Origin: Lama guanicoe
Taxonomy: Eukaryota
DNA: 64,000 bases
Direction of reading: 5' to 3'
Assembly (NCBI GenBank): GCA_013239625.1
Contig: MU054187.1
Location: 6,087,757 to 6,151,756 of the forward strand
Part shown: positions 50,336 to 61,189 of the stretch, piece by piece
Layout of the letters: each line of letters starts with the position of its first letter
Position numbering within the stretch: the first letter of the stretch is position 1
Made by a program: the position numbers and the translations under genes
The notes under the pieces: model-generated
Databases searched by the model: none
Seen by the model: the letters and a program-made list of their open reading frames with translations, nothing else
What the model was told of the DNA's origin: nothing

Positions 50336-51884
50336 CCAGGACCCCCAGGGTCACCTTGACCCTGGGGATGTGCGGCAGGGTCCCTGCTGGCTTCTGTGCC
50401 ACCTCCATGTGGCATTGGTCCTTCTCTGCGAGGCTGAAGAGGAGAGGAGGGTCAGAGTGGGACCTCCAGCCCGTGTCGCTGCTCCCTCTGTCTAAGCCAC
50501 AAGGAAGTCTGTCAGTAAGATATTCCCCCAAATGCCTCGCATCGGAATGTGCTCTGACTGCGTAGGGCTGAGTTCACGACTGCGGGTGACCCATCAGGGG
50601 TGACCCGTCTGACGGTTGTATTATACCGGGTTGCGTTATAAGCTGCCTCACTCCCCTTTTGGGAGCAGGGAGAGCAGACTTAAACAAATTAAATTCAGTG
50701 GGTCCCGTGCTTTGAGACGAGGTGCTGGGTTTGTTGGTCCCGACTTGCGTCCCGCGGGTCCCGTGTTCACTGTCCCAACTTTAAAATTTGCAAGCTCCTT
50801 TAGAAAGTTTTATTTCATAATTCTTAGAAAAAAGTTTGCAGAAGTGTTACTTTTCTCAATATTCTTTTTGTTTCTTCTGTGTGCTCTGCAAACTCATCTG
50901 TAGGTTTTAATAGTCCTGCATTGATCAGTGATTTAAGACTTACATGTGTCATTTTAGGGTTATCTTAGATTTTATCACGTTTACATATTAACGAGGTTCT
51001 CTCTCTCCAGTTTTAATTAACTGAGAAAACTATTTCTGTATCAGAAAGACCAAGCAATCTAGAATTACTTTGATCAAAAAGTACAGAATCCTTCCTTCTG
51101 CTCCATACGTTACACTCCTCAGAATTAATACTGTTAACAGTTTGTTGTGTCTCTTCAGATTTGTTTCTTTGATCGAAACATACACATATATATGTATTTT
51201 TTGGCAGATACTCACTGAGTCATAGGGAAGTAAACAAGATATACAGTGTGTTTCTCTGGAGGAGTTTGTACACTGATGACACACACGTACAAATAGCTAC
51301 ACAGGTGTTTTGTGATCTAAGGTAGAATTATAAGCTGCCTGTTGTGTGACTCGCTTTCCTTTTACTTAACGGCTTATTTTGCAGGTATTCCCCAGATGCG
51401 TCATGTAGCTTACTAGAAGCGCACCTGCTGGGAAGGGGATGGGAGGACGTGTGTTAAATCTTGACAGCTACAACCACCTTGTCCTGCAGGGGTGTGTTGG
51501 GTTTTATTTTGACCGCTGGGCGGAAGAGGACCCATTTTGCCAATAATCTCACTAATACTAGCAATTAACAGTCCTTTCATTTTATTTCTTTTCTTTTAAT
51601 CTTTTTTTTCTTTTATATTTAGTCCTTTACATTTTAATCAGTGCAGTAAAATATTTTAAATTAAAAAAGTAAAATTCCTTTTCACAGTCATTCGTTATAA
51701 ATCTTGCCCATCTATCCTTCCTCTCTTCAGAAATTTTCAGACTATTTTAGGACCAAGATGAAAATGCAAACCTTCTATTTAAATGGGCTTCTGAAATACT
51801 ATTGGTACCTTGGATAATAATGCAACAATAGTTATGCAGAACTTTCTAATTCACAAATGACCTTCTGATGCCTTCACTTCGTTA

Positions 51885-51975
51885 GACTTTTTATTATGGG
51901 AAAATTTGAAAACATACGGAAGTAGAGAGACTAGTACAGTGAACCCTCACATATCCATCACCTAGCTTCAATATT
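51885..51975 (-). mobile_element. L1ME-type 3' terminal fragment
   Basis: ttttattatgggaaaatttgaaaacatacggaagtagagagactagtacagtgaaccc...catcacctagcttcaa. Confidence 0.65.
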
Positions 51976-52280
51976 GCCTTCATTTCTGAGCGACTCACTG
52001 GCTGAGTGAGGAGTAAGATTTGTCGTCTTTTCCATTTCCCAATAGGAGGTCTCGTAGCTGCGAGTGGCAGGGATGTGGCCTTCCGAGGTGTCTGACTTCA
52101 GATTTCTCCCATTTCCGATTTATTTGTTGCTGCTGTGTTATCTTATGTGACCTATGCGATTAAAGTTACTATCTTTTCTTTAAGATGATATTTCTTTAAA
52201 ACGTACCTTACCGTTCTGAGAAGTTACGAGGAGCGTCAGCGGTTGCTCTCTGAACCCACTTTGTTGGGTTTTTCTTGTAG

Positions 52281-52418
52281 AAGAGACGTTCCAGCAGGCA
52301 GGTGAAGAGGAAGCGGTACACAGAGGACCTGGAGTTCAAGATCTCCGATGAGGAGGCGGACGAGGCCGACGCTGCTGGGAGGGACTCCCCCTCAAACACC
52401 TCGCAGTCAGAGCAGCAG
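52281..52418 (+). CDS. CHD7: CHD7 exon 5 (138 nt, phase 0 to 0)
   Basis: Acceptor tttttcttgtag|AAG; donor CAG|gttagt. Encodes [46 protein letters not shown]. Confidence 0.96.
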
Positions 52419-53476
52419 GTTAGTGTCCAGACGTGTGCGGTGCAGTTTGCGTGCGTGTCTCACGGGGCGGATTGGAAGTCTCGTGGCTAGAGTGCGAGAA
52501 GCTCAGTCGCAGCCCTGGACTTCGAGTGGGGAGCACTCGTCTCACGTTGGTGAGCGTGCTATGGGAAATCAGTTGCTTTGGAGTATCTTTTAAGGAGCCC
52601 TGTTTGCTGAAATGTTTTTTTGCACAAGCCTGTGGTAATGTAATTGGACACAATTTTGGAGAATTAGTGGTCTCTGCTGAGGAAGAGTCAGAGCTGGGAT
52701 GCAAGGAGGCTGGACTTACCTCTGAGAACTCAGTGCTGCGGCTTCTGGGACTTTAATAAACCACTCAGGCTCGCCTCCCGCTGTTCGGCACCGTCAGAGC
52801 CCCTTTATGAAATTACTGTCTTGTGGTACCCAGCAGAGCAGGGCACACTTTATTCTCCGTGCAGTGTAAATGATGGATAAAATAGTTTGTATAAAATATG
52901 ACTAGTAATGGAGGATTGATTATTGTGAAGATTTTTTTTTTTAAACCCTCTTCTTACCATTACTGTGCTTTAGTTAACAAACTGGGAACCCACTGAAAAA
53001 TACATGAAATGCACTTTTGTGTTTTATTTGGTAATTTGTGCCATGTTAAGTTGTTATATAACGTGTGATGTGACCTCCATAGGTAAAAGCTGCCTACATA
53101 ACAGAATGATGAGTATATTTACCCCATGGGTACAGATTGGGAAAAGTTACGTCTTTGACTGCTGTCACACAGAGATCAGTTTCTCTTGGCCACTGGAGTT
53201 TCTGAATGCTCTTTGGATGGAGGGACCTATGCTCGTCCATGTAATTAAACCACATAATCACAGAGTAATAAATACAGATCTACCTTTGCCTTTCTGTGGA
53301 GGGAGATTTTTTGTTCTTCACCGTCCTATTTCTCACCGGTTATTGTACCCGGTGATTTAAAGGGTATGAATTTAAAGAGTATGGAGGGAGATGCGAAAGG
53401 GAACGATTTCTTGCTTTTCTAGCTTAGAACGGAAGTGTTTTCCATTTGGATTCATTCATTCTGCTTTATTTTTCAG

Positions 53477-53542
53477 GAATCTGTTGATGCGGAAGGTCCA
53501 GTGGTAGAAAAAATTATGAGTAGTCGCTCAGTAAAAAAACAG
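53477..53542 (+). CDS. CHD7: CHD7 exon 6 (66 nt, phase 0 to 0), start of chromodomain 1
   Basis: Acceptor tttatttttcag|GAA; donor CAG|gtaagc. Encodes ESVDAEGPVVEKIMSSRSVKKQ. Confidence 0.96.
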
Positions 53543-56500
53543 GTAAGCACCATTTATTTAGAATTATCAAAAACTGTGGTGTCTGTATGGCTGGTAAATT
53601 ATTTTTTTTGTTTTATAATTTCCTTTTAAAATTTCACTATTGTAAAGTAAAACTTCTGGTGTTAGTGCTAATCCTGTCTGATTTAATAGTGCAGTGTACA
53701 TCTTTGGGACATTCAGCCCCAGATGAAATTGTAATATATCAAACAATCAGTGCTTTATTATCCTGTTTAGAGTAGGCAAGAATTCAGGTGTCTCAGGAGA
53801 AATGTGTGGGGCTGCCTCCTTCATAAATGCTATTCATCAGAAAATCATAAACATGAATTTACCTGTCATGTCTCTTGGGAAGGTTCCCTGCCCTCCTCTC
53901 CACCCCTCCTCTCCCCTTTACCCCTCAGGGAAGTTCTGTTTATTATTTTAGCAAGTGGGTGTTTTCTCATTCTTTTCATAACTTTTTTTCATTATATAAT
54001 TAAAATGTTCATTACTATCTTTTTTTGTTAGTGCACAAGTGAAATACAGAACTATTTTCAGCATAAGTTTTAAGATAATATGACTTATCCTTCAGATTTA
54101 CTCAGAATTCATCTTGATCTGCAAAAGTGTGCTCTAAGTACCTGTCACTAGCCTGGTGACTTTGTCACCGAGGGACGACCACATATACCGTGTGACAGCA
54201 AATTCCCAGAACACTGTATCATCTTTTACTGGTGGAGACTCCCTGTTTCATTCCAGCCATTACCCTTCTCGCCCAGTTTGAGAAGAGGCTTTAGTTTGAA
54301 GAATTACATGGACATCTGGGCGCATTTCCGTATTCCAGGAAATAGTTTCGGTGTCTCTAGAAAATGATCTACTTTAGGTGCCTGTCTTCTGGCTTGAATC
54401 GTCAAATGCAGCACTGTTTCTCCTTAATTGCTTTCAAGGAGGGTGGAAGTACAGCGTCATTGTTCCAACATGTAAAATAAGCTTTTTTGAAAAATGTAAA
54501 ATGTGCACGAAGTGTAACTGCTAGTGAGACAGATAAGCAGTGGAGGAATTAGGGTCTTTAAGTGAGTTCCCAGGTTTATCGAATAGGAAACGGTTATTGT
54601 TCAAATACTGTCTAGAGATCCTTGAAAATGGTATTGCACCAGCAGCAAACCTCTCTTTACCTTTGCTCCAATACTGTTTGCTTTTCTGTTGTGCTACTCA
54701 AAGTGTAGATTTTTAGCAGAAGGTACAACTCTGGTTCATATGAAAATAGTCAAGAGCAGCTTGTCGAGGTATTTTCAGATAGTGTGTCGGGAGTGGGGCG
54801 TATGGAGCGGCTGTCTGTGACTTTGAATGTTGAGGATTTCCTCTCTGATGAATTGACTGTAAAAATCTCCACCAAATTTCCCACCTGTTCAGGCAGAAAT
54901 GAGCCCTATTTAACTAATTAGAAAGGTTGCATTTTTGTCCTTCTAGTGACTCTAGACCTGTTAATTTGTGAATTGTAGATATGTGGCAAAATTTAAATAC
55001 GTGCTCTTAAAGAGTAATCCCCTTCACTAACTGAAGTGACTTGTTGGAGTAAATAGCATGTGGTTTGGAGGAGAGAGACTAATTTTCATTCAATTGGTAG
55101 TGTTTCAGCAGGCAGACCCAGCAGGTTTGGGGGCTGCAAATTATAATTAGCTCTATTATCCAGAGCTGCTTAGATGACGCATGACGTAGGACATGGCTTT
55201 TTCTTTCTGTTTTGCCTGTGTTAGAGCTTTTTTTTTTTTTTTTTTTTCCAACCCTTTAAAGACAGGTACCCACAGTTTAGGAGAAGGCATTGCTGTCATT
55301 TACAGGTGACTGGGCATATCTTATCACAGGAGATTAAGAATCACGATCGTTGTACTTGAGGGTGGAGTATTTGTTGGGGAATTTTAGGGTGGAGAAAATT
55401 AATGGAAAGTTTTTCTCTGAAAGGAGAAAGAGGCCTCGAGGTGTGACTTAAAATAAGAAAGAGGCACGGAGCTCACTGAATTGCCGTAGATGACTGGCAT
55501 TTCATACAGGGCAATGAAAACCATTAGAAGGTTGTAAACATTAGCAGGTACTGACTTCTTAAACCAGTCATGTTCTTGAAATAGGTACTTCAGTTGTCAG
55601 CTTTAGTGACATTGGAGGAAAAGCGTGGCAAATAGAAACAAAAGGAAATTCGAGACTTTCCTGTGGATTCTCGCTGGGCCTGCCGGTCTGTTTCCTATTA
55701 CCATGAATGATTGAAGAAGAGGCTGTGAGAAGGTGCCTTTGTCTCCTGCCAGCCGCGCCATGGAAACGGGCTCAGGGCTCTCAGCGCCTCCTTCCCGTGT
55801 CACTGACGCATAGTGGGGACTCAGGTAGCAGTTTTCAAAGTCAGCTGACATCCCTGCCATAGCCTCAGAAGGCCCGTCTGTAGTGATGGAGCCGTGCAGA
55901 CTCTCAGAACGCAGCTGGCAGACCGCACGTGACATCAGGGTGGCTCAGGCATCCGTGTTGGTTGAAACCCAAGTTCATGTTCATGAGACCCCCGTGGAAG
56001 GGGCATAGGTGATACTTGCCTTGAGTTTTGAGGTGGATTTTAGAATGGACTTTGAGCTTCTGTAAAGGTGAATTCTCTCACGTTCCACATTCATTTAGCA
56101 TGTCACCCTTTCTGCTTTGAGTCATCTGTCTTTGGGGGAAAAAGGTTCAAATCGTTTTTGTATCAGAAAGTCAACAGTAATTTTGCAAGTGAATTCTGTA
56201 TCATGATGTCCTGTTCTCTTCCCGAGTGAACTTGAATTTGGCGTCTCCGGTGGAAGGCACGGTAGGTCGGGCCAGCACGGATTCATACCTTTGCTTCACT
56301 GTTACCTTTACCAAGGTGCTTTCTCATTCTTTGTGTGTAATTTCACAACATTTCCGCCTTTTCACACCATAGTTTAGCTTTGTTTCCCTCGTGTGACTGC
56401 TTCATTTAGTAATAGCATGCTTGGGGAAGGTCATTCATTCTTTCAGGCCACAGGATTGTCATTTGCTGGATGGCGGTTTCAGAATCCAGGTGACGGGAGC

Positions 56501-57552
56501 AGTCGGCTTAGTGCCTGGTCAAGGTTGCTGTTTCACGTGACGAGTGGGACAAGCAGGACTTAATATGTTTGGAACTTTGAATTTCATGTGAATAATGAGG
56601 ACTTCGATAGACTGCTTTAGGAGTCTAGTGAAAAGATACACACATTTCTCAGAAGTAGTCTACTGGGCATGTAGAATTACTTTAGAGGGCTCTCCAATTG
56701 AACGGTGACTGTCCTGGAAGTAAATGTGAGTGCTGTGTGTGTGCGTGGGATGACGTTTGGTTCCGTTACGCATTGGAAACGTCCACTGTAGAAAGGCTTC
56801 TGAGCACTGGGGCGCAGGGATAGGGGCTGGGGCTGTCTTCAGCTGTCACCAGAGTCTGGTCAAACTGACTGCCATTTAGTGAATAATTAAAACGATGCTC
56901 CTGAGGGCTCACGAGTTCACATGCTTTTGTTCATTGTTTCGCTCTGCATAAAGCAGAAGAGGCCAGGGCGATCATATTTACGGGAAACAAAGGGCAAAAC
57001 AGGTCTCCTTACAGTTCGGGGAGCAGTGAGGCGAACGATATGGGTGGTCAGGTAAACAAAGGCCGGCTTCTCATTTGGGACATCTAGGAGACAGAGGTCC
57101 TGGGACACTTCTGCAGCAGCTCCGGGTGCTGCTCCATGAGGTCTCAGACCTGATCACCTCCCCCTGGACGTCTGGCCTAGACCTCTGGTTAGGCACCTCC
57201 GCAGCACGTTCCCAGAGGGACAGCTGATCGTGACGAGAAGACAGGTGTTAGTAAGAGCCAGGGACAGACAGCTGATGGCTTTAAGAGTCAGAGCTTTCTG
57301 GAGCAGAACCCAGATCAAATGAAAGCTGTCTCTGTTGTTCAAGAGTTGATCCCGTGTGCTTATGGCCCGTGAGACCATTTAGAATGAGATGGAAAGGACA
57401 GCCCAGGAGGAAAGATGCGGAGGAATGAGCTCAGGAAATCATAGAGCACAGAAATGATAAAGCTTGTCTTCCTACTGCCTCAAAGATACGTAATTTTGAA
57501 AAACTCTTTCAGAATTAGAAGAAATGTAGTTAACATAAAGAAAGTAAAAACA

Positions 57553-57700
57553 GGGCGGGGGTAATATTAGCTCAGTGGTAGAGCACGTGCTTAGCATGCA
57601 CGAGGTCCTGGGTTCAGTCCCCAGTGCCGCCATTAAATAAATAAATAAATAGATCTAACCCCCCCCACCCCCGCACGCGCCCACCCAAATAAATAAAAAC
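57553..57700 (+). mobile_element. tRNA-Ala-derived SINE, well preserved
   Basis: tagctcagtggtagagcacgtgcttagcatgcacgaggtcctgggttcagtccccagt, then (TAAA)n, a C-rich block and an A-rich tail. TSD aagaaagtaaaa at 57538-57549 and 57701-57712. Confidence 0.92.
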
Positions 57701-59368
57701 AAGAAAGTAAAAGCGGCAGGCGGACGTTAGAATCCCATTCTGGGTCTGAGTTTACTGGTGTGCTGTGAGAAACAGCATGCGATCTAGGCTCGTCCTGGCT
57801 GCCTGTTGTCCCTGGCTGTCTGCTGTCTTATCTCTGCTTCTCCCCTGTAATCTCCACTCCTATACGGAGAGGGTGAATCTCGAAATGATGGCTGAAACGT
57901 GGGAGTGGAATGGGGTAATAAATGTGAGGTGGGTCCTGGATGATGGGTTGCTCGTTGAATTGGCCAGAATGTATCTGTACATTAGCTGCAGGTTTATCCT
58001 GTTGGCTCTTGAAGGCATCCAGCAAACATTCCTTTTGGTTTTGGACAACTGAAAAGTCTGGGACACAGATGGTTTTCTGAATACTTTGGTTCCAGGAGCT
58101 GCCTGATGGTTATGACCCTTTATAGACCCATTAGGGCAGAACCAGACATTGATGGGTTTTGACCACACTCCTGAACATCCTGTCTTCCTGTTGGTGTTCT
58201 CTAGGCAGACGGAAAAACTGTTTAAAATTTAGATTTAACTGACACACGTGAGAGTTTGGAAGACAAGTGTAAGTTCATAGTCTGTGATGACAGTCTGAAG
58301 GTTAGGGATGGAGGGTGCTCCTGGTCTCTTTGAGCAGATCCCGTGCCAGCCTGTCACCCAGTAGAAGTCTGCGCTCCTTTGTTTGTCCTCTGCTATGTTC
58401 CGACTTGCCTTAGTCTTCTTCCACAGCATCCCTGAGGGGGCTTAGCAGCCAAATGTGACCCTCCAGGCAGGTGCTCTTGTAAGAGTGTACAAGCAATCTC
58501 TAAACATCTGTAAATGGTGTTTATGCTTTACATCCCTGATTTATCTGATCAAATGTTCCAGAAGAAAATTACACATTACAACTTGTTCAACAGCCTAAAA
58601 CCAAAAGGGGGGAAAATATTGAAAGAGATGCTTAAAAATCATACGTGCAATGTCTTCCACAGACACTACAATAGGTGGGATCAAGGGAGATGTTACAGAT
58701 AATCCCGCCACTGAACTCTTGATTTGGCTGACGCGTCACAGTTTTAACCTACCCTAAATGTAGTATTTGGAGTGTTAATTTTATTTGGCTGCTGTGTGTG
58801 TGAGACATCTTGTCTGAGAGATTTTAATTGTACCACTGAGTAAAACTAAAACTGTGAATAGTGATGCACTGAAATTACAGCATAGGAACAAGGTTTAGTT
58901 TTATATGGTTTCTTGTTTAGAGTTATTAACTATATGGAGGAATAAATGTCTTTTAAATATTTTAAAACATTACAAAACCCACAATGTAAAGTTGCCATGA
59001 GGCAGCCAAAAATAATACATATGGCATTCAGGAGAGCAGTTGCTAATTGGCTGCTGCCTGAGAAAATGGTACACTTGGCGTCTACTTAACACTGTGGGTT
59101 TGGCAGAAAGCCAGATTTGGGGTCAGGTTGTTGTGAATGAAGCTGCATGTGGTTAGGGAGGAGTTAAAATGATTCATGTCTCAGAAGCCGGAGCACGTCG
59201 GGGAGCCCGCGCGGCCCTCTCGCTGGCCTCCTCCCAGCTGACGGCGGGCGCGTCGTCCGCTGCTGCTCTGGTGATGCCTGCCTGTGTCCAGATGGGAGTA
59301 AATCGTCCCTTTCGGAACGTTCTAGTAGACGGCTTTACGTGTGTGCCTGAAATTGTCTTCTGTTGCAG

Positions 59369-59424
59369 AAGGAATCTGGAGAGGAGGTAGAAGTTGAGGA
59401 GTTCTACGTGAAATACAAAACCTT
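59369..59424 (+). CDS. CHD7: CHD7 exon 7 (56 nt, phase 0 to 2), chromodomain 1 core
   Basis: Acceptor tcttctgttgcag|AAG; donor TT|gtaagt. Encodes KESGEEVEVEEFYVKYKT plus a split TT codon (F in known CHD7). Confidence 0.95.
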
Positions 59425-59931
59425 GTAAGTAGATGGTGATTTTTTTTTAATGGGGAAATATATTGTCAAGGTACCACATTAAAAAGTAATTGGGAAAATT
59501 TTTTTATACTTGGCAACCAGTAAATTTTGGTATGGCTTATTCAGTGCCCTGGGGACCATTGCCTTCTAACTTCTGCATCTTTGATGGTTGATGAATTTTA
59601 TTTTTCTGCAAAATGTGTAATTGGTGTACAGGTTGACTGGCTTTTGTGTAGGACCAAGAAGTTCTTTCTAGAAGGGATAAAGACTCATACAGTAATAGAA
59701 GAGTGGGAAAAGTCATATTTGCCTGTCCTCCGAGGATGAATTTTGCTCTTGGGGGCCCCTCATCCTCTTCATCCGGGTGGAGGATGCCAGGCCCTTGAGA
59801 TGAGCACTCCGCTCCCAAGCAAAGGCTCTAGAAAATTATGACATCACTCAGATTTTGAAATGCAGTGAGCTGTAATTTTGTTGATCTGTTTTCATTTCTA
59901 ATTTTTGTTCAGTGAATTTGAATTGCGTAAC

Positions 59932-60051
59932 TTTTTTTTGGGCAGGGTATTGGTAATTAGGTTTGTTTGTTTGTTTAATGGAATTTCTGGGGAACCCAGG
60001 ACCTCATGCATGCTAAGCCTGCGCTCTGCTGCTTGAACTATACCCTCCCCC
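59932..60051 (-). mobile_element. tRNA-Ala-derived SINE
   Basis: Reverse complement reads ggggagggtatagttcaagcagcagagcgcaggcttagcatgcatgaggtcctgggttccccag, followed by (AAAC)n-ctaattacc and an A tail. Degenerate TSD tgaattgcgta / tgagttgcata. Confidence 0.88.
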
Positions 60052-60747
60052 ATGAGTTGCATACGTTTTAAAAAACTGAATTGAAAACCACCGTAAGTTG
60101 TTCTGCATTGCAGGCGTAGGCAGGACACTAGGACCAAACACACTTGGACGAGGCAGCAGGGTTTTAAGCATCAGTAGTCATCGTGCTGAGGAAGACTGAG
60201 GCTGTTTTCTAACCTAAATCAAATTCCAGAACAAGAACAAAAATATTTATTGATGTTAAATTTTACTTTAAACTTATTAAGGCCGGGCACTCAGGTAGTA
60301 CCATGTTAATAAGTTCTGGGGTTTTAAGAGATTTTTGGGGAGCTGGCAAAACAGCCTAAGAAAGTTTACCCCAGAAAATGAAGGCAGCAGGCCCCATGGT
60401 TTCCGTCCTTCCCCCTTGTTGCAGTTGGCACTGTGTTCATTAGCGGATGCATTTCTGACACTAGTGGGCAAAATATTTTAGCAGGTGAAAAAGGTGAGGG
60501 AGTCTCTTACCAGTGTTACGTGAGAGTTGAGTGAGACTAAACGTGCTCAGGAAACTTAGGTGCTGTCATCCTTTTACGCTCAGACCATGATGAGTTTACA
60601 CCTGTGGAAATTATGCACAAGACACGGTTTCACATAGTCTTGTAAGGAGAGGGGTAAGAGTAGGTAAAGAGGAGACGACAGAGGAAGGCAGGGAGACGGA
60701 GTTCTCTGGTGGGCTTATTAAAGCAGACTTAAAGCCAAGCACTTTGA

Positions 60748-60885
60748 GGGGGAGGATATAGCTCAGAGGTAGAGCGCATGCTTAGCTCCTGGGTTCAGTC
60801 CCCAGCACCTCCATTTAAATAAATAAATAAGCCTAATTACCTCTCCTAATTAATTAATTAAAAATTAAAAATAGAAAGGAAAAAG
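60748..60885 (+). mobile_element. tRNA-Ala-derived SINE with about 10-nt internal deletion
   Basis: ggggaggatatagctcagaggtagagcgcatgcttagc[deletion]tcctgggttcagtccccagcacctcca, then (TAAA)n and cctaattacctctcc. Degenerate TSD aaagccaagcacttt / aaagcaaagcctttt. Confidence 0.9.
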
Positions 60886-61189
60886 AAAGCAAAGCCTTTT
60901 AAGTATCGATTGCCAAGCACGGCACTACTAGGATGACACCCACCCTGGTCGGTGTGTGGCGGGGTGGTGGGGCTTGAGGTGCTCAGTTCACAGGAAGCAT
61001 CTCGTCCAGCCTGTCCACACCCCAGCAGAGTGCCCAGGTCCCTGAGCAGGCGCCGCCGCTGCGGCCGGGGGTCACCCTTCATCAGTCATGTGAGATGAGG
61101 TGAAAGCAGTGCTAAAAAAAAAAACAGCTTTCCTCTCTGGTAGTATTGAGAGCTAAGGGAAGTTGAAGTTTCCATAAAATTAAAAGTTT

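Noticed and set aside
57557..57632. Apparent tRNA-Ala(AGC) gene with an intact A box and anticodon arm (cgtgc-ttAGCat-gcacg)
   Set aside because: It has a disrupted acceptor stem, a B-box mismatch, an A-rich SINE tail, a TSD and five diverged relatives in the window, so it is a SINE and not a tRNA gene.
58775..59062. Short inverted repeats (tttggctgc / gcagccaaa / ttggctgc) upstream of exon 7
   Set aside because: The stems are only about 8-10 bp, which is compatible with chance in 64 kb.
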